Source: Chloropicon primus (taxonomy: Eukaryota). Taken from it: DNA of 64,000 nucleotides. A program made the position numbers and the translations under genes. Where the stretch lies: assembly GCA_023205875.1 (NCBI GenBank), contig CP060765.1, forward strand, positions 186,001-250,000. The letters run 5' to 3'. Below, piece after piece: positions 55,197 to 64,000 of this stretch. Each line of letters starts with the position of its first letter. Positions within the stretch are counted from its first letter, which is position 1. Below the pieces are notes generated by a model that saw nothing but the letters and a program-made list of their open reading frames with translations, had not been told where the DNA came from and did no database searches.

Positions 55197-56123
55197 ATGG
55201 AGGGCCTGGCACCGCGGTTCGAGCCGAGAGGCGACCGATTGCTGGGGAGCGCAGAGTCTCTGCACCACACAACTGTGGGTGGACTGCCACGGGAGCTGTG
55301 GGTGGAAATTTTTCGCCACCTGCACCGCCCCTACGACGGACTCGCTTTTGGTTTGGCTTGCAGGACGTTTCTCCAGGTGGTGGTCGAGGAAGAGGAAGCG
55401 AGCGCGGCGGTTCTCGAGGGTCGTCGTCGTCCACGCCTTCGCCGACGTCCACTGCTCAGCACAAAGTTGACGAAAGGGAGGCTTTTCGAGCAAGCGCCGT
55501 GCTTCAGCCTGGGATGGTACCGGTGGGTCCTCCAGTCGTTCAAGAGAAAGGTGGGGCGCCCCGGCCGGTGGAGGTATGGCGAGCCCCAGGACCATTTCTA
55601 CGACTACGACTTGGTGCTTGTCGCCTCCATCCAGGGCAGCCTCGAGGCCCTTACCTGGTTGGTGGGCCAAGGGATCAGTTTGGACACCAACGACCGGCGG
55701 TGCAGGAGAGGAGTTGCTGGCGGAGGCCACGTCGAGATGGCGGAATACTTGAAGCGGTCGGGAGAATCACCGCAGGCGGGGCTTCCTTCCTTTTGCAGTG
55801 CAGCTGCAGCCAGCGCAGGCCATGTCGAGGTTCTGAAGTGGCTCAAGAGCAAGGGGTACGAGTTCGACGCATCCACAAGTGCCTGGTCGGTTTATGGAGG
55901 TCACCTTCACGTCCTCAAGTGGCTCAGAAGCCAAGATCCGCCTTGTGATTGGGACGAGTTCACCTGTTCTTGGGCAGCGCTCGGTGGCGACCTTACAATC
56001 CTGCAGTGGGCTCGAGGACAGGACCCTCCTTGCCCTTGGAACATCCAAAAGTGCCTTGAGCTCGCAAGAAGTAACTCCCATTGGCACATCTGGGAATGGA
56101 TCGCATCAGGGACCGCGGAGTGA
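55197..56123 (+). CDS. F-box-like + ankyrin-repeat protein (PCxW-type repeats)
   Basis: LPRELWVEIF F-box-like start, repeated GGH(V/L).VLKWL units, DPPCDWD and DPPCPWN. Confidence 0.82.
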   Translation: MEGLAPRFEPRGDRLLGSAESLHHTTVGGLPRELWVEIFRHLHRPYDGLAFGLACRTFLQVVVEEEEASAAVLEGRRRPRLRRRPLLSTKLTKGRLFEQAPCFSLGWYRWVLQSFKRKVGRPGRWRYGEPQDHFYDYDLVLVASIQGSLEALTWLVGQGISLDTNDRRCRRGVAGGGHVEMAEYLKRSGESPQAGLPSFCSAAAASAGHVEVLKWLKSKGYEFDASTSAWSVYGGHLHVLKWLRSQDPPCDWDEFTCSWAALGGDLTILQWARGQDPPCPWNIQKCLELARSNSHWHIWEWIASGTAE

Positions 56124-56616
56124 CACAATCAGACTCGTCTCTACTCTATATTGTTTGCCTCACACCGTCGTCGGCGTGCAACCTTTGTAATGTCTAAAAC
56201 TCCTCTCCTGTTCCACCTCTCCCCCCCCAAAAAAGACAAAAGCTTGGCATGAGGCATCAGCAAGCTTGCGTGCACAACCAGATGCAGCGCTAGGGCTGGT
56301 GCCATTGTCCTCCACTGCTGTCTCCCTCCCTTCCCTCCAAGGGAACATGATCTCATCACTCATCACTTTGAAGCAGCTTCGAGCTCCTCCCAGCAGCTGC
56401 TTCAATTGAATTGAATCTGGTCAATCGATCGATCGGTCGAGAGAGAGAGAGAGAGAGGAGCGGCGAGGAGGGCGGAGGTTCGAGGGCGCGTGGACACAGG
56501 AGAGAGGGAGGAGGGTATTCAGTCAGAAGAGTCTTCTCTTCGTCTTTCTGTGGACCCCTCGGTTGAAGGAAACGACGGAGTGGCGAGGATTTCACAAACG
56601 AAAGAGGTGAAGTGTT

Positions 56617-56659
<43 letters not shown>

Positions 56660-56668
56660 TCTTTGCTG

Positions 56669-57859
56669 ATGATGATGGAGGTGGAAGCGGTCGGGATGGA
56701 AGGGAAGGAAGAATCGGGGCCACCGGAAGCAGAGGAACCGATGGAGATCGTCGCCTCGGAGGCGCAACACCCCGGCGTCGTTGGAGGAGGAGGTGAAGTC
56801 GTCGTTGTCCCTGTCGAGGCAGATCAGAAGGAGGGAAACGGCAAGGAGGTGGAGGAGGAGGCCGTGGTGAAGGAGGAGGCGGAGGTGAAGGAGGAGGCGG
56901 AGGTGAAGGAGGACAGCGGGGACGAGGGCGGGATGATCGCCGCCGCGGCGGAGGCGACAGGAAACGCGAAGAAGCGCTCTCTGGAGGAAATCGAGGCGAG
57001 GGCGAGGGGCACGCGTCTCAAGCCGGGCGAGCACTCGGCCGTGTTGGCTGCCTCTGGCGCCTCGGCTGCTCCTGCTGAGAAGTACATTAAGATGAAGCTG
57101 ACGAGCAGCAAGTTCGACATGGCCCCTGGAATGACCGTGAGTGCCGAGGGCACGAGGGTGTCGAGCAGGAAAGGGTTTCGGACGGCCAGGACCAACTTGG
57201 CCATCCCTCACGGGACGTACGCTTGCGAGGTGCACGTGGAAAAGCTCGGCAAGACAGGCCACGCCAGGCTGGGTTTCGGGACCTACCAGAGCGAGCTCCA
57301 AGCTCCGATTGGTTTCGATGAGTTCGGGTTCGGATACAGAGACGTCGACGGAAGCAAAGTTCACAAAGGGGTGAGGTCCGAGTACGGCGAAGGCTACAAG
57401 GAAGGGGATGTCATCGGCATGGTGCTGCACCTGCCCAAGGTGGAGGAAGGGGAGAAGGAGAACAGGGAGGGGGGGTCAATCGAGCAGGTCGCGGGTGGAG
57501 CTGCTTCTGGCCAAAGCGGGACGAATGGCGGGGTTGCACCGAAAGGCGGAACCTCGCTTCCGGCACCCGTGAAAAGGAAAGTGGTGGAGAACAGCAGCAT
57601 CATCTTCTTCAAGAATGGCGTCTGCCAAGGCATAGCTTTCAGGGACTTTCTCGACGGTGGGTCAGTGGGCTACTACCCCTGTGCCTCCCTCTACACCATG
57701 CCAGAGGAGGAAGCCTCCGTGCGGTTCAACTTTGGAGAAACTGATTTGGTTCACAACTACGCCGAGAAGCTGCGACAGGAGGCCAACCTCCTGGACGTGG
57801 CCAAGGAAGTGCAGCCCATGTCCAACCACGAACTCAAGGTGGTGAAGATTCACCGGTAG
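56669..57859 (+). CDS. ASH2L: ASH2L/Bre2/TRAUCO SPRY-domain COMPASS subunit
   Basis: KGFRTAR, GHARLG..ELQAPIGFD.FGFGYRD, YGEGYKEGDVIG, FFKNGVCQG.AF, YYP.ASLY and V.FNFG. Confidence 0.88.
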   Translation: MMMEVEAVGMEGKEESGPPEAEEPMEIVASEAQHPGVVGGGGEVVVVPVEADQKEGNGKEVEEEAVVKEEAEVKEEAEVKEDSGDEGGMIAAAAEATGNAKKRSLEEIEARARGTRLKPGEHSAVLAASGASAAPAEKYIKMKLTSSKFDMAPGMTVSAEGTRVSSRKGFRTARTNLAIPHGTYACEVHVEKLGKTGHARLGFGTYQSELQAPIGFDEFGFGYRDVDGSKVHKGVRSEYGEGYKEGDVIGMVLHLPKVEEGEKENREGGSIEQVAGGAASGQSGTNGGVAPKGGTSLPAPVKRKVVENSSIIFFKNGVCQGIAFRDFLDGGSVGYYPCASLYTMPEEEASVRFNFGETDLVHNYAEKLRQEANLLDVAKEVQPMSNHELKVVKIHR

Positions 57860-57918
57860 CGAGCAGTGTGGCCTGGGCAGAAAAAATAATATAAACGCGA
57901 AAAGATTTTTCTGTAGAC

Positions 57919-58989
57919 CTAAAATATTTCGGAGAGAGCATCCTTGAACGAAGTCGGGTGGAGCCCAAAGGTCTGTCGCAGCAGATGGACATCCATGGAA
58001 GCGTCCAGGGGGGATTTCACGTGGCTCGGCCTGTCCGCTTCGAGCACAGAATCGATGCCATAGCCCCTGTGTGTACAGAGAGCCTGGGGAGGAAAGAAGT
58101 GAGAACGGGGTCAGAAGGAGGGGAGCGTTGATCTGGGGCAATCTTGCGACCCGACCCACCTTCGCCATATCAGCCCTCGAGAGCCTTTCTGGGCCCCCGA
58201 GATTATAGATGTTCGCCACTCTGGCAGGAGCTTGAAGATAGAGAAGGCCAGGAGGTCATCAAATCGCGCAAAGAGACAGTCAGTCCAATTCTCTGACTGA
58301 TGGAGACCTCCAAGCTCACCTGTCACGCCGTTTTCGATTCTCGCGATGATGATCCTAACTAGCTTCACTATGTCCATGACGTAGACGGGAGACCTGAACT
58401 CGTTACCAAAAAAATCGACCTTCTCCCCGGCGCCGAGCGCCTCATCCATCCACTGCAGGAAGAGGTTCCTCCCAACTTCCTTCCCCCTCCCGTAAATGAT
58501 GCTGCTCCGAAATATGGCGTGGTTTGGGTAGCGGGACACGATGAAGTCCTCCGCTTCCTTCTTGGTCTCGCCATAAGCGTTGACAGGCCCCGGCTCGTCC
58601 GCTTCCGTGTAGAACGACCGAGACCCGTCGTACACGTGGTCGGTGCTGAGGTGTATCAGGAAGGGCCTTCCTTCGCACCGAGACAACAGGCAATCGTTAA
58701 CGAGAGTGGTCGGAACGTTCACAGATCTCGACCTCTCCCTCTCCTCCTCGCACACCATCGGCTGCGAAATCGCGGCGCAGTTGACAACCACTTGGGGCTC
58801 CCCAAAGTCCGAAACCATGTCTTCCAAGCCCTCCCCGGTGCAAAAGTCCACTTTATACTTGCTCCCGCCCATCGATTCGACAACCTTGCCGCCTGTGTTG
58901 TACGTGAATCCAACTTGGTGCTCCCGCGACAGCGCTTCTACGAGGTACTGACCCAAGTACCCCGAACCACCCGCCACCAGAACCTTCAT
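57919..58989 (-). CDS. RmlD/MAT2B-like NAD(P)-dependent extended SDR (3 exons: 58989-58320, ~58218-58160, 58083-57919)
   Basis: GGSGYLG, NCAAIS, HLSTDHVYDG, YGETK (YxxxK), E.RSPVYV.D and IYNLGGPERLSR; the last exon gives SPLDASMD. Confidence 0.88.
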
Positions 58990-59004
58990 CCCGCCTGCTT
59001 CAGT

Positions 59005-59328
59005 CCTTCCCTCACCACGAATCAATCAATCTCACTCAAACGGCGTCCCCTCGGTCAATCCTTTGGCGATGCCGTCAACCAAGGTACCAATGGAAAGATC
59101 TCGAGACGCACTCTCGTCCGGTACCCTTGTCTTGCGCTGCCTCTGTCGTCCTCGTCGCCACCGTCCTCACGAACGCCTTCCCTCACCACGAATCAATCAA
59201 TCTCACTCAAACGGCGTCCCCTCGGTCAATCCTTTGGCGATGCCGTCAACCAAGGTACCAATGGAAAGATCTCGAGACGCACTCTCGTGCGGTACCCTTG
59301 TCTTGCGCTTCCTCTGTCGTCCTCGTCG
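59005..59328. repeat. Tandem duplication (171-bp period) in the divergent promoter region
   Basis: Near-identical copies at 59005-59157 and 59176-59328. Confidence 0.93.
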
Positions 59329-59625
59329 TTAAATTCCTCTTTGATTGCGCTTGAGTCCTGGCCGCCTGTTTCTGTTGACTTTTTCTTCGTTCCCCTCCCC
59401 AGGACAAAAAATTAACACCCGAGCACGAAGGTTGAAGCGCAAGAGGACGGAGACATTGGCACGTTTGAGGCCACGGGAGACGATCCCACGACGAGTACGA
59501 GGTCTAAGGACGAACATCCTCTGTTTTTCTTTGCTTTCCTTGGGAACAGTTGGTCTCACAACAAGTGCGGACTTCCTCCTTTGAGAACGTTTGAAAGGTT
59601 TTGTGTTGGGGCCAAACCAAACAAG

Positions 59626-59793
59626 ATGCCTCGGATGGCATGTAACCAGCACATGCCTGCTCCCATGGGCACGAGGAAGCACCTGAACTACCTCATTTAC
59701 GACTATAACAAGGTTGGTGGTGCTCGGCCTCGGTCATCCTAAGCTGCTCTTGCACGGCAATTGACCCAAGAACTTCTTCTCTCTCTCTGTCTG

Positions 59794-59832
<39 letters not shown>

Positions 59833-60370
59833 CGAGAAGTCCAGAAGTGACCGAGAACTTTGAGGACACGATGGACGAGACTCTCGAGTCCGGGGTGGAC
59901 GAACTCGTGGATCCAACGACCCCAAAGCAGAAGCCTTGGACCATGCCGTACTGGCAGGTGAGTGGGAGAGAGTTGGCGATAGGATAGCGGGGAAAGAGCA
60001 CAAAGTGGAACTGACTATAGTTTTATCGGTTATCCCGTCTTGGTTTTCTTCCTTGCTTGACGACGCCAAGGGAGGGGAGCACGCCCACGAGCTGTCTGGA
60101 TTGGTCAGCAACAGGCGAACCCCCAGTGGCAACTTTTTGAACAAGTCAAACCCATCCCTGTGGAGCAAGACGAAACCCGAGTCGTAAGTGGTGAAAGGGC
60201 GCGTTCGTCGACCCAAGCCTAGGCCCTGGTGCTGACGCCATCCATCTCCTCCTCCTCCTCCTCCTCCTTCTTCTTCTCGCCGCGACAGGGATTACAGCAA
60301 GTCAGGCTCCCTGAAGGAGAGCATCACGCTGGAGGCTCTGAGGACGATCAGGAAGAGCCCAAAAAAGTAA
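59626..60370 (+). CDS. Four-exon hypothetical protein, 135 aa (59626-59712, 59832-59957, 60071-60183, 60289-60370)
   Basis: Three GT-AG introns with compatible phases (0,0,2) give one open frame from ATG to TAA. TGTAA lies at ~60419. Confidence 0.65.
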
Positions 60371-60463
60371 AGGCAACGAGAGGGGCGTCGTGTTCCCAGG
60401 CACAAAGCGCCGCTAAAATGTAATTACAAACTTTGAATCAAGTCGGTCGGTTGTCTTCTTGCT

Positions 60464-61411
60464 TTAACTGATAAGGTTGCCAGCCATGTTGATGTGAGCT
60501 GGGTCCGAGATGTGAGCCATGAGGTTCTCAATGGGGCCCCCTCCAACGAGCACGGCCTGAGCTCCGTAGCCGAACATGGCAAGCATAGCCATCCGTCCGT
60601 GCTTGATCTCCCTGATCTTCATCTCGTCCAGCGACTCCGGCGTCCTGTGGTTCCTGAACATGCACTTCTCCCCACCGAAGTCCATGAAGTTGAAGATTGG
60701 GCCACCGGGGTAGTTTGGGTCACCGGTGCCCTTGAAGGCGCCCTCGAACCCGAGGAAGTACTGCTCGCTCATGCAGCCCGGCTTCTTGAAGTCCTGAAGC
60801 CTCCTGAGCTCGGCGAACTGGAGCATAAAGATCTGCGCGAGGAAGACGGTGTAGTTGTCCGACCAGTAGTGGAAGCCCTCGGAGAGTGGGCCGATGACGC
60901 CGGCCTTGTACCAGATGATCCCGGTGGACTCTGGGATGATGTGGCATGCGGCGAGGAACTCTGGGGCGATGCACCCGGCGGCACCCAGCATGGCCCACCT
61001 TCCGTGGATGATCTCCGCGTTCCTGAGCCAGTCCTGGTTCACTACCCCGCCCTCGCCCTCCGGGTCGTAGACTCCGAGGGGGTCAAAGCCGTAGTCTCCC
61101 GCGAGGGAGCCGTCGAGGTAAGACAGGGACTGCTCGCTGCCGAACCAGATTCCAGTCTTCTTGACGCCGTTGACCTTCCTGAGCCCCTTCTGCTCGGCCT
61201 CCACAATGGCGGGGACCTTTGGGGGTTTGAATCCCCAGCGGGTGTCCTCAGGCTCCACGTACTTTGCGACCTTCTTCTCCTCCTGCACCGCTGGGACGGC
61301 CTCCTCCTCCGTCGCCGCTCTTGGTGCTCTCAACACCCTCCTCGCCGACACTCCTGGCAAGCTTGGGCGAACCCCAAGGCCCTTGTTCGACGTCATAGCA
61401 ACTCTCTGCAT
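60464..61411 (-). CDS. LHCA3: Photosystem I light-harvesting chlorophyll a/b protein, type III
   Basis: WFGSEQSLSYLDGSLAGDYGFDPLG, EIIHGRWAMLG, FAELRRLQD..PG.M..QYFLGFE and EIKHGRMAM. Confidence 0.9.
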   Translation of the reverse strand: MQRVAMTSNKGLGVRPSLPGVSARRVLRAPRAATEEEAVPAVQEEKKVAKYVEPEDTRWGFKPPKVPAIVEAEQKGLRKVNGVKKTGIWFGSEQSLSYLDGSLAGDYGFDPLGVYDPEGEGGVVNQDWLRNAEIIHGRWAMLGAAGCIAPEFLAACHIIPESTGIIWYKAGVIGPLSEGFHYWSDNYTVFLAQIFMLQFAELRRLQDFKKPGCMSEQYFLGFEGAFKGTGDPNYPGGPIFNFMDFGGEKCMFRNHRTPESLDEMKIREIKHGRMAMLAMFGYGAQAVLVGGGPIENLMAHISDPAHINMAGNLIS

Positions 61412-62053
61412 CGTGCTGCGCTTCTAGAAGCCTCTTCCTACCCAAATCAAATCAAATCACACAGAGAGGCATGGCACGGCATGGCATGAAAACACGTCAG
61501 TGGGTGTCCAGAGGAAAAGAAAAAATCTTCGCCACGTCGAGGCCAAGCACGTGCGAGGGCTCTGGAGAAAGAGGAGGGCGAGAGGGTTCCACCGGTGGAA
61601 GAAGTTAAAACCCTTCGCACGAGGAGACAGACCCTCCTCCTCGTCAACTTCCCACCTCCTCTCTCTCTCTCTCTCTCTGTCTTGGAGCAAAACCAAATCC
61701 ACAACAGAGAGAGAGGAGAGGCAAAAGCGTGGGTCGAAATGGGTCGGAATGGGGGTCTTTGGAAAGAGCGTGAGGAGGCGGATCGATCTGTTTGCCGTTT
61801 GACCGCCTCCGTCGTCGTCCTCGTGTCAAGAAACCCGCTCGAAACTCACCTCTTCTCGTCAGTCGCCCGCAGAACGCAAGGAGTCGATCTGAGATCTAGA
61901 TCTCAAAAATGCTCTCTTCGTCTAAGAAGGGATTTCTACACGGAGGGACAAGACGATTCACTTCAAATTTGAAATAATAGATATTTCCAAAACTCGAATC
62001 TGTAGGTTTCCCCTTGTAAGGGCGAGATTCCCTAAATTGAAATCTTCCATTGG

Positions 62054-62425
62054 CCAATCGACAACCGATTCACCTTATCTTTGGGAGAAGGAACGTTGGT
62101 GACACCTGAGAGGGGACCCTGGACACTCCCCTAGACCTTGGCCTTGGAGGAGGATGTCCAGGAGGAGGATGGATCCATACCACCACCATGATCATCTGAT
62201 CCCAGTCGCCCCGCCTCTCCCTCTTTGGTCTTCCTTCAATCCAATTGACAACCGATTCACCTTATCTTTGGGAGAAGGAACGTTGGTGACACCTGAGAGG
62301 GGACCCTGGACACTCCCCTAGACCTTGGCCTTGGAGGAGGATGTCCAGGAGGAGGATGGATCCATACCACCACCATGATCATCTGATCCCAGTCACCCCG
62401 CCTCTCCCTCTTTGGTCTTCCTTCA
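62054..62425. repeat. Tandem duplication (187-bp period) between the INSIG-like 3' end and LHCA3 promoter
   Basis: Copies start at 62054 and 62241, and each begins with CCAAT and CCTTATC. Confidence 0.93.
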
Positions 62426-62465
62426 TCGTCCGGGCACATCAGTGTTCCACCACTGCGTACTCCGG

Positions 62466-63380
62466 TCACGTCAGAGCGACGGGCGACTTGGAACCCCCCC
62501 CCCCGCCCTCGTCCTCGTCGTCGTCCTTCCTCCCGTCCTTCCGGTCCTGCAGGCAGGCCGCGAGGGAGAAGAGGAAAGGGTGGTAGAACACGTAGCACAT
62601 CGGCACCCAGCTTGGGAAGCCGGAGAACGCGGGGTGCTGCACGATCCCGTTGCCGACGCTCGAGCCCGGCGCGAGGAAAGTGTCAGCCCTCGGGTAGGAC
62701 CAGAGGTGGAGCTGGCCGATCAGGAGGCACTCGATCAGGGGGGCCGCGACTCCCGCAAAGACGCTGAGGCCCAGGGACTTGAGGGAGTTCACCCTGTCCT
62801 CCCGCTTGCTGCCCTTCCCCGCGAGACGCTTGTCGAACGAAAGCCAGTTGGCGCAAGCGAGCAGGGCCAAGACGGCCCTGATGGTCTTGTAGGGCACGTA
62901 GTTCTCGTACAGGATCGCGCTCACCTGGAGGAGCATCCCGAGGACGGCGAACCTGACGAGGACCTCGCTCGGCCTCGTGACCCCATCCCCATCCCCCCGG
63001 CAGAGGAGGAGGTAAAGGCCCCCGTCACACGCGTAGAACGCCGCGAGTAGGGCCGGGACCCACACGCTCGTCTGGGCCCCCATGGGGAGGGCGACGCCGC
63101 CCGCAGCCGGGTTGTACGTGAGCACGCCGGCCCTCCCGTGGATGAGATCGAGCGCAGTGCCGACGGTGGCCCCGAACACCGCCAAACCGCCGAGAGGGAG
63201 GCGCTTCAGCCTCGCCGCACCGAGGGAGGGAGAGGTCTCCCCCTCCTGACCTCCCCCGCCACCCCTGGCCGCCCCAGCCACAGATCCCCGCCATCGACCC
63301 CTAGCCCTCCCGATCTTCACCACCGCACCCCTCCGCCCCGGACCTCTACTGAGTACTGACCCGGTCCCACCCTGCAGCAT
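62466..63380 (-). CDS. Multi-pass membrane protein, INSIG-like plant family, probable plastid transit peptide
   Basis: FGATVGTALD.IH, WVP.L.A.FY, APLIE..L and FPSWVP.CY.FY with ~6 TM segments. ATG at 63380. Confidence 0.65.
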   Translation of the reverse strand: MLQGGTGSVLSRGPGRRGAVVKIGRARGRWRGSVAGAARGGGGGQEGETSPSLGAARLKRLPLGGLAVFGATVGTALDLIHGRAGVLTYNPAAGGVALPMGAQTSVWVPALLAAFYACDGGLYLLLCRGDGDGVTRPSEVLVRFAVLGMLLQVSAILYENYVPYKTIRAVLALLACANWLSFDKRLAGKGSKREDRVNSLKSLGLSVFAGVAAPLIECLLIGQLHLWSYPRADTFLAPGSSVGNGIVQHPAFSGFPSWVPMCYVFYHPFLFSLAACLQDRKDGRKDDDEDEGGGGGSKSPVALT

Positions 63381-64000
63381 GACAAAACAAAAACACGATA
63401 AGTTTCTCTTCCTGGCGTCGATGCGGCCAACGAAGGGTTCAACGGAGTGCTTTCGATAAGCACATCTTTCGTGCGTTTCGTTCACCTCCACACCCCGTCC
63501 TCCTCGACGCCCGTGGCAAGGGCTTGGTTCCCAAGGCCGTCCTCCCCTCCTCGTCGTAGATCGAGCGTCACAAGTTCAGTCGCCTCCAAGTCAATCCTCC
63601 ACCAAATGGCGCAAACTTGGTATCGACAGAAAGATCAGAGAGAGAACTATCGCGATCTTGGGCGCCCGCGCCTGTCATCCCACCACCCGAACCTCTGCCC
63701 GTCCTTTTCGTGGTCGCCGCTCTGTTGCCGTTACACGCCTACCCCGCGTCAAGTGTACACTTTGTGTACACCCGTTTCTCACCCCCGGTGGTCAAAGGCA
63801 GAGGCCGTTGATCCCAAGGAAAGGAAATCAAGGTGGAGTGAGGTGGAGGCCTAGGAGCACGACAGGGAGGCCAAGAACACGCAGGTTCCGGGGTCGAAGG
63901 CGTGGCCTGGAAGAAGCAGAAGCAGACTAGAGTGGTGGAGAACCGAAAATTCGATCCAGCTTTGCTTTTGGTTTCGCTTGTTGGGGTCAAAGGTGAGGTG

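Noticed and set aside
2168..56656. (GA)n, (GT)n, (CTT)n and poly-T runs producing ERER/SLSL ORFs
   Set aside because: Ordinary intergenic, UTR or intronic microsatellites.

Overview
Gene-dense, intron-poor, GC-rich eukaryotic nuclear DNA of a green alga. Evidence: an Lhca3 gene, CCT and AP2 domains, a plant-type phytepsin, GT-AG introns, TGTAA poly(A)-type motifs and (GA)n microsatellites. The style suggests a Chloropicon-like picoplanktonic chlorophyte (inference). About 30 protein genes are supported: a class A beta-lactamase-like hydrolase, prefoldin 2, ORC1 with 7 AT-hooks, an aspartic protease, VPS4, Yippee, an LRR/IQ protein, organellar ProRS, vasohibin, a 12.4-kb intronless inner-arm dynein heavy chain, IMP1, a CCT protein, V-ATPase e, an RMP1-like protein, an ODA docking-complex subunit, ASH2L, a MAT2B/RmlD-like protein, Lhca3 and others. 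There is also an intron-containing tRNA-Thr(AGT). The most unusual parts are: (i) an island at ~45.4-48.9 kb ending at the tRNA, with a 544-bp compositionally foreign ORF fragment between 116-bp direct repeats, an ankyrin pseudogene, a gene fragment and a divergent AP2 ORF; (ii) a dispersed, palindrome-rich ~130-200 bp cassette with an E2F-type site in front of two unrelated genes; (iii) a recurrent oriented upstream palindrome CTCTTTCGAAAGAG(CCCT); (iv) many near-perfect intergenic tandem duplications; and (v) a candidate bicistronic locus. All calls are from reading the sequence, and no searches were run.
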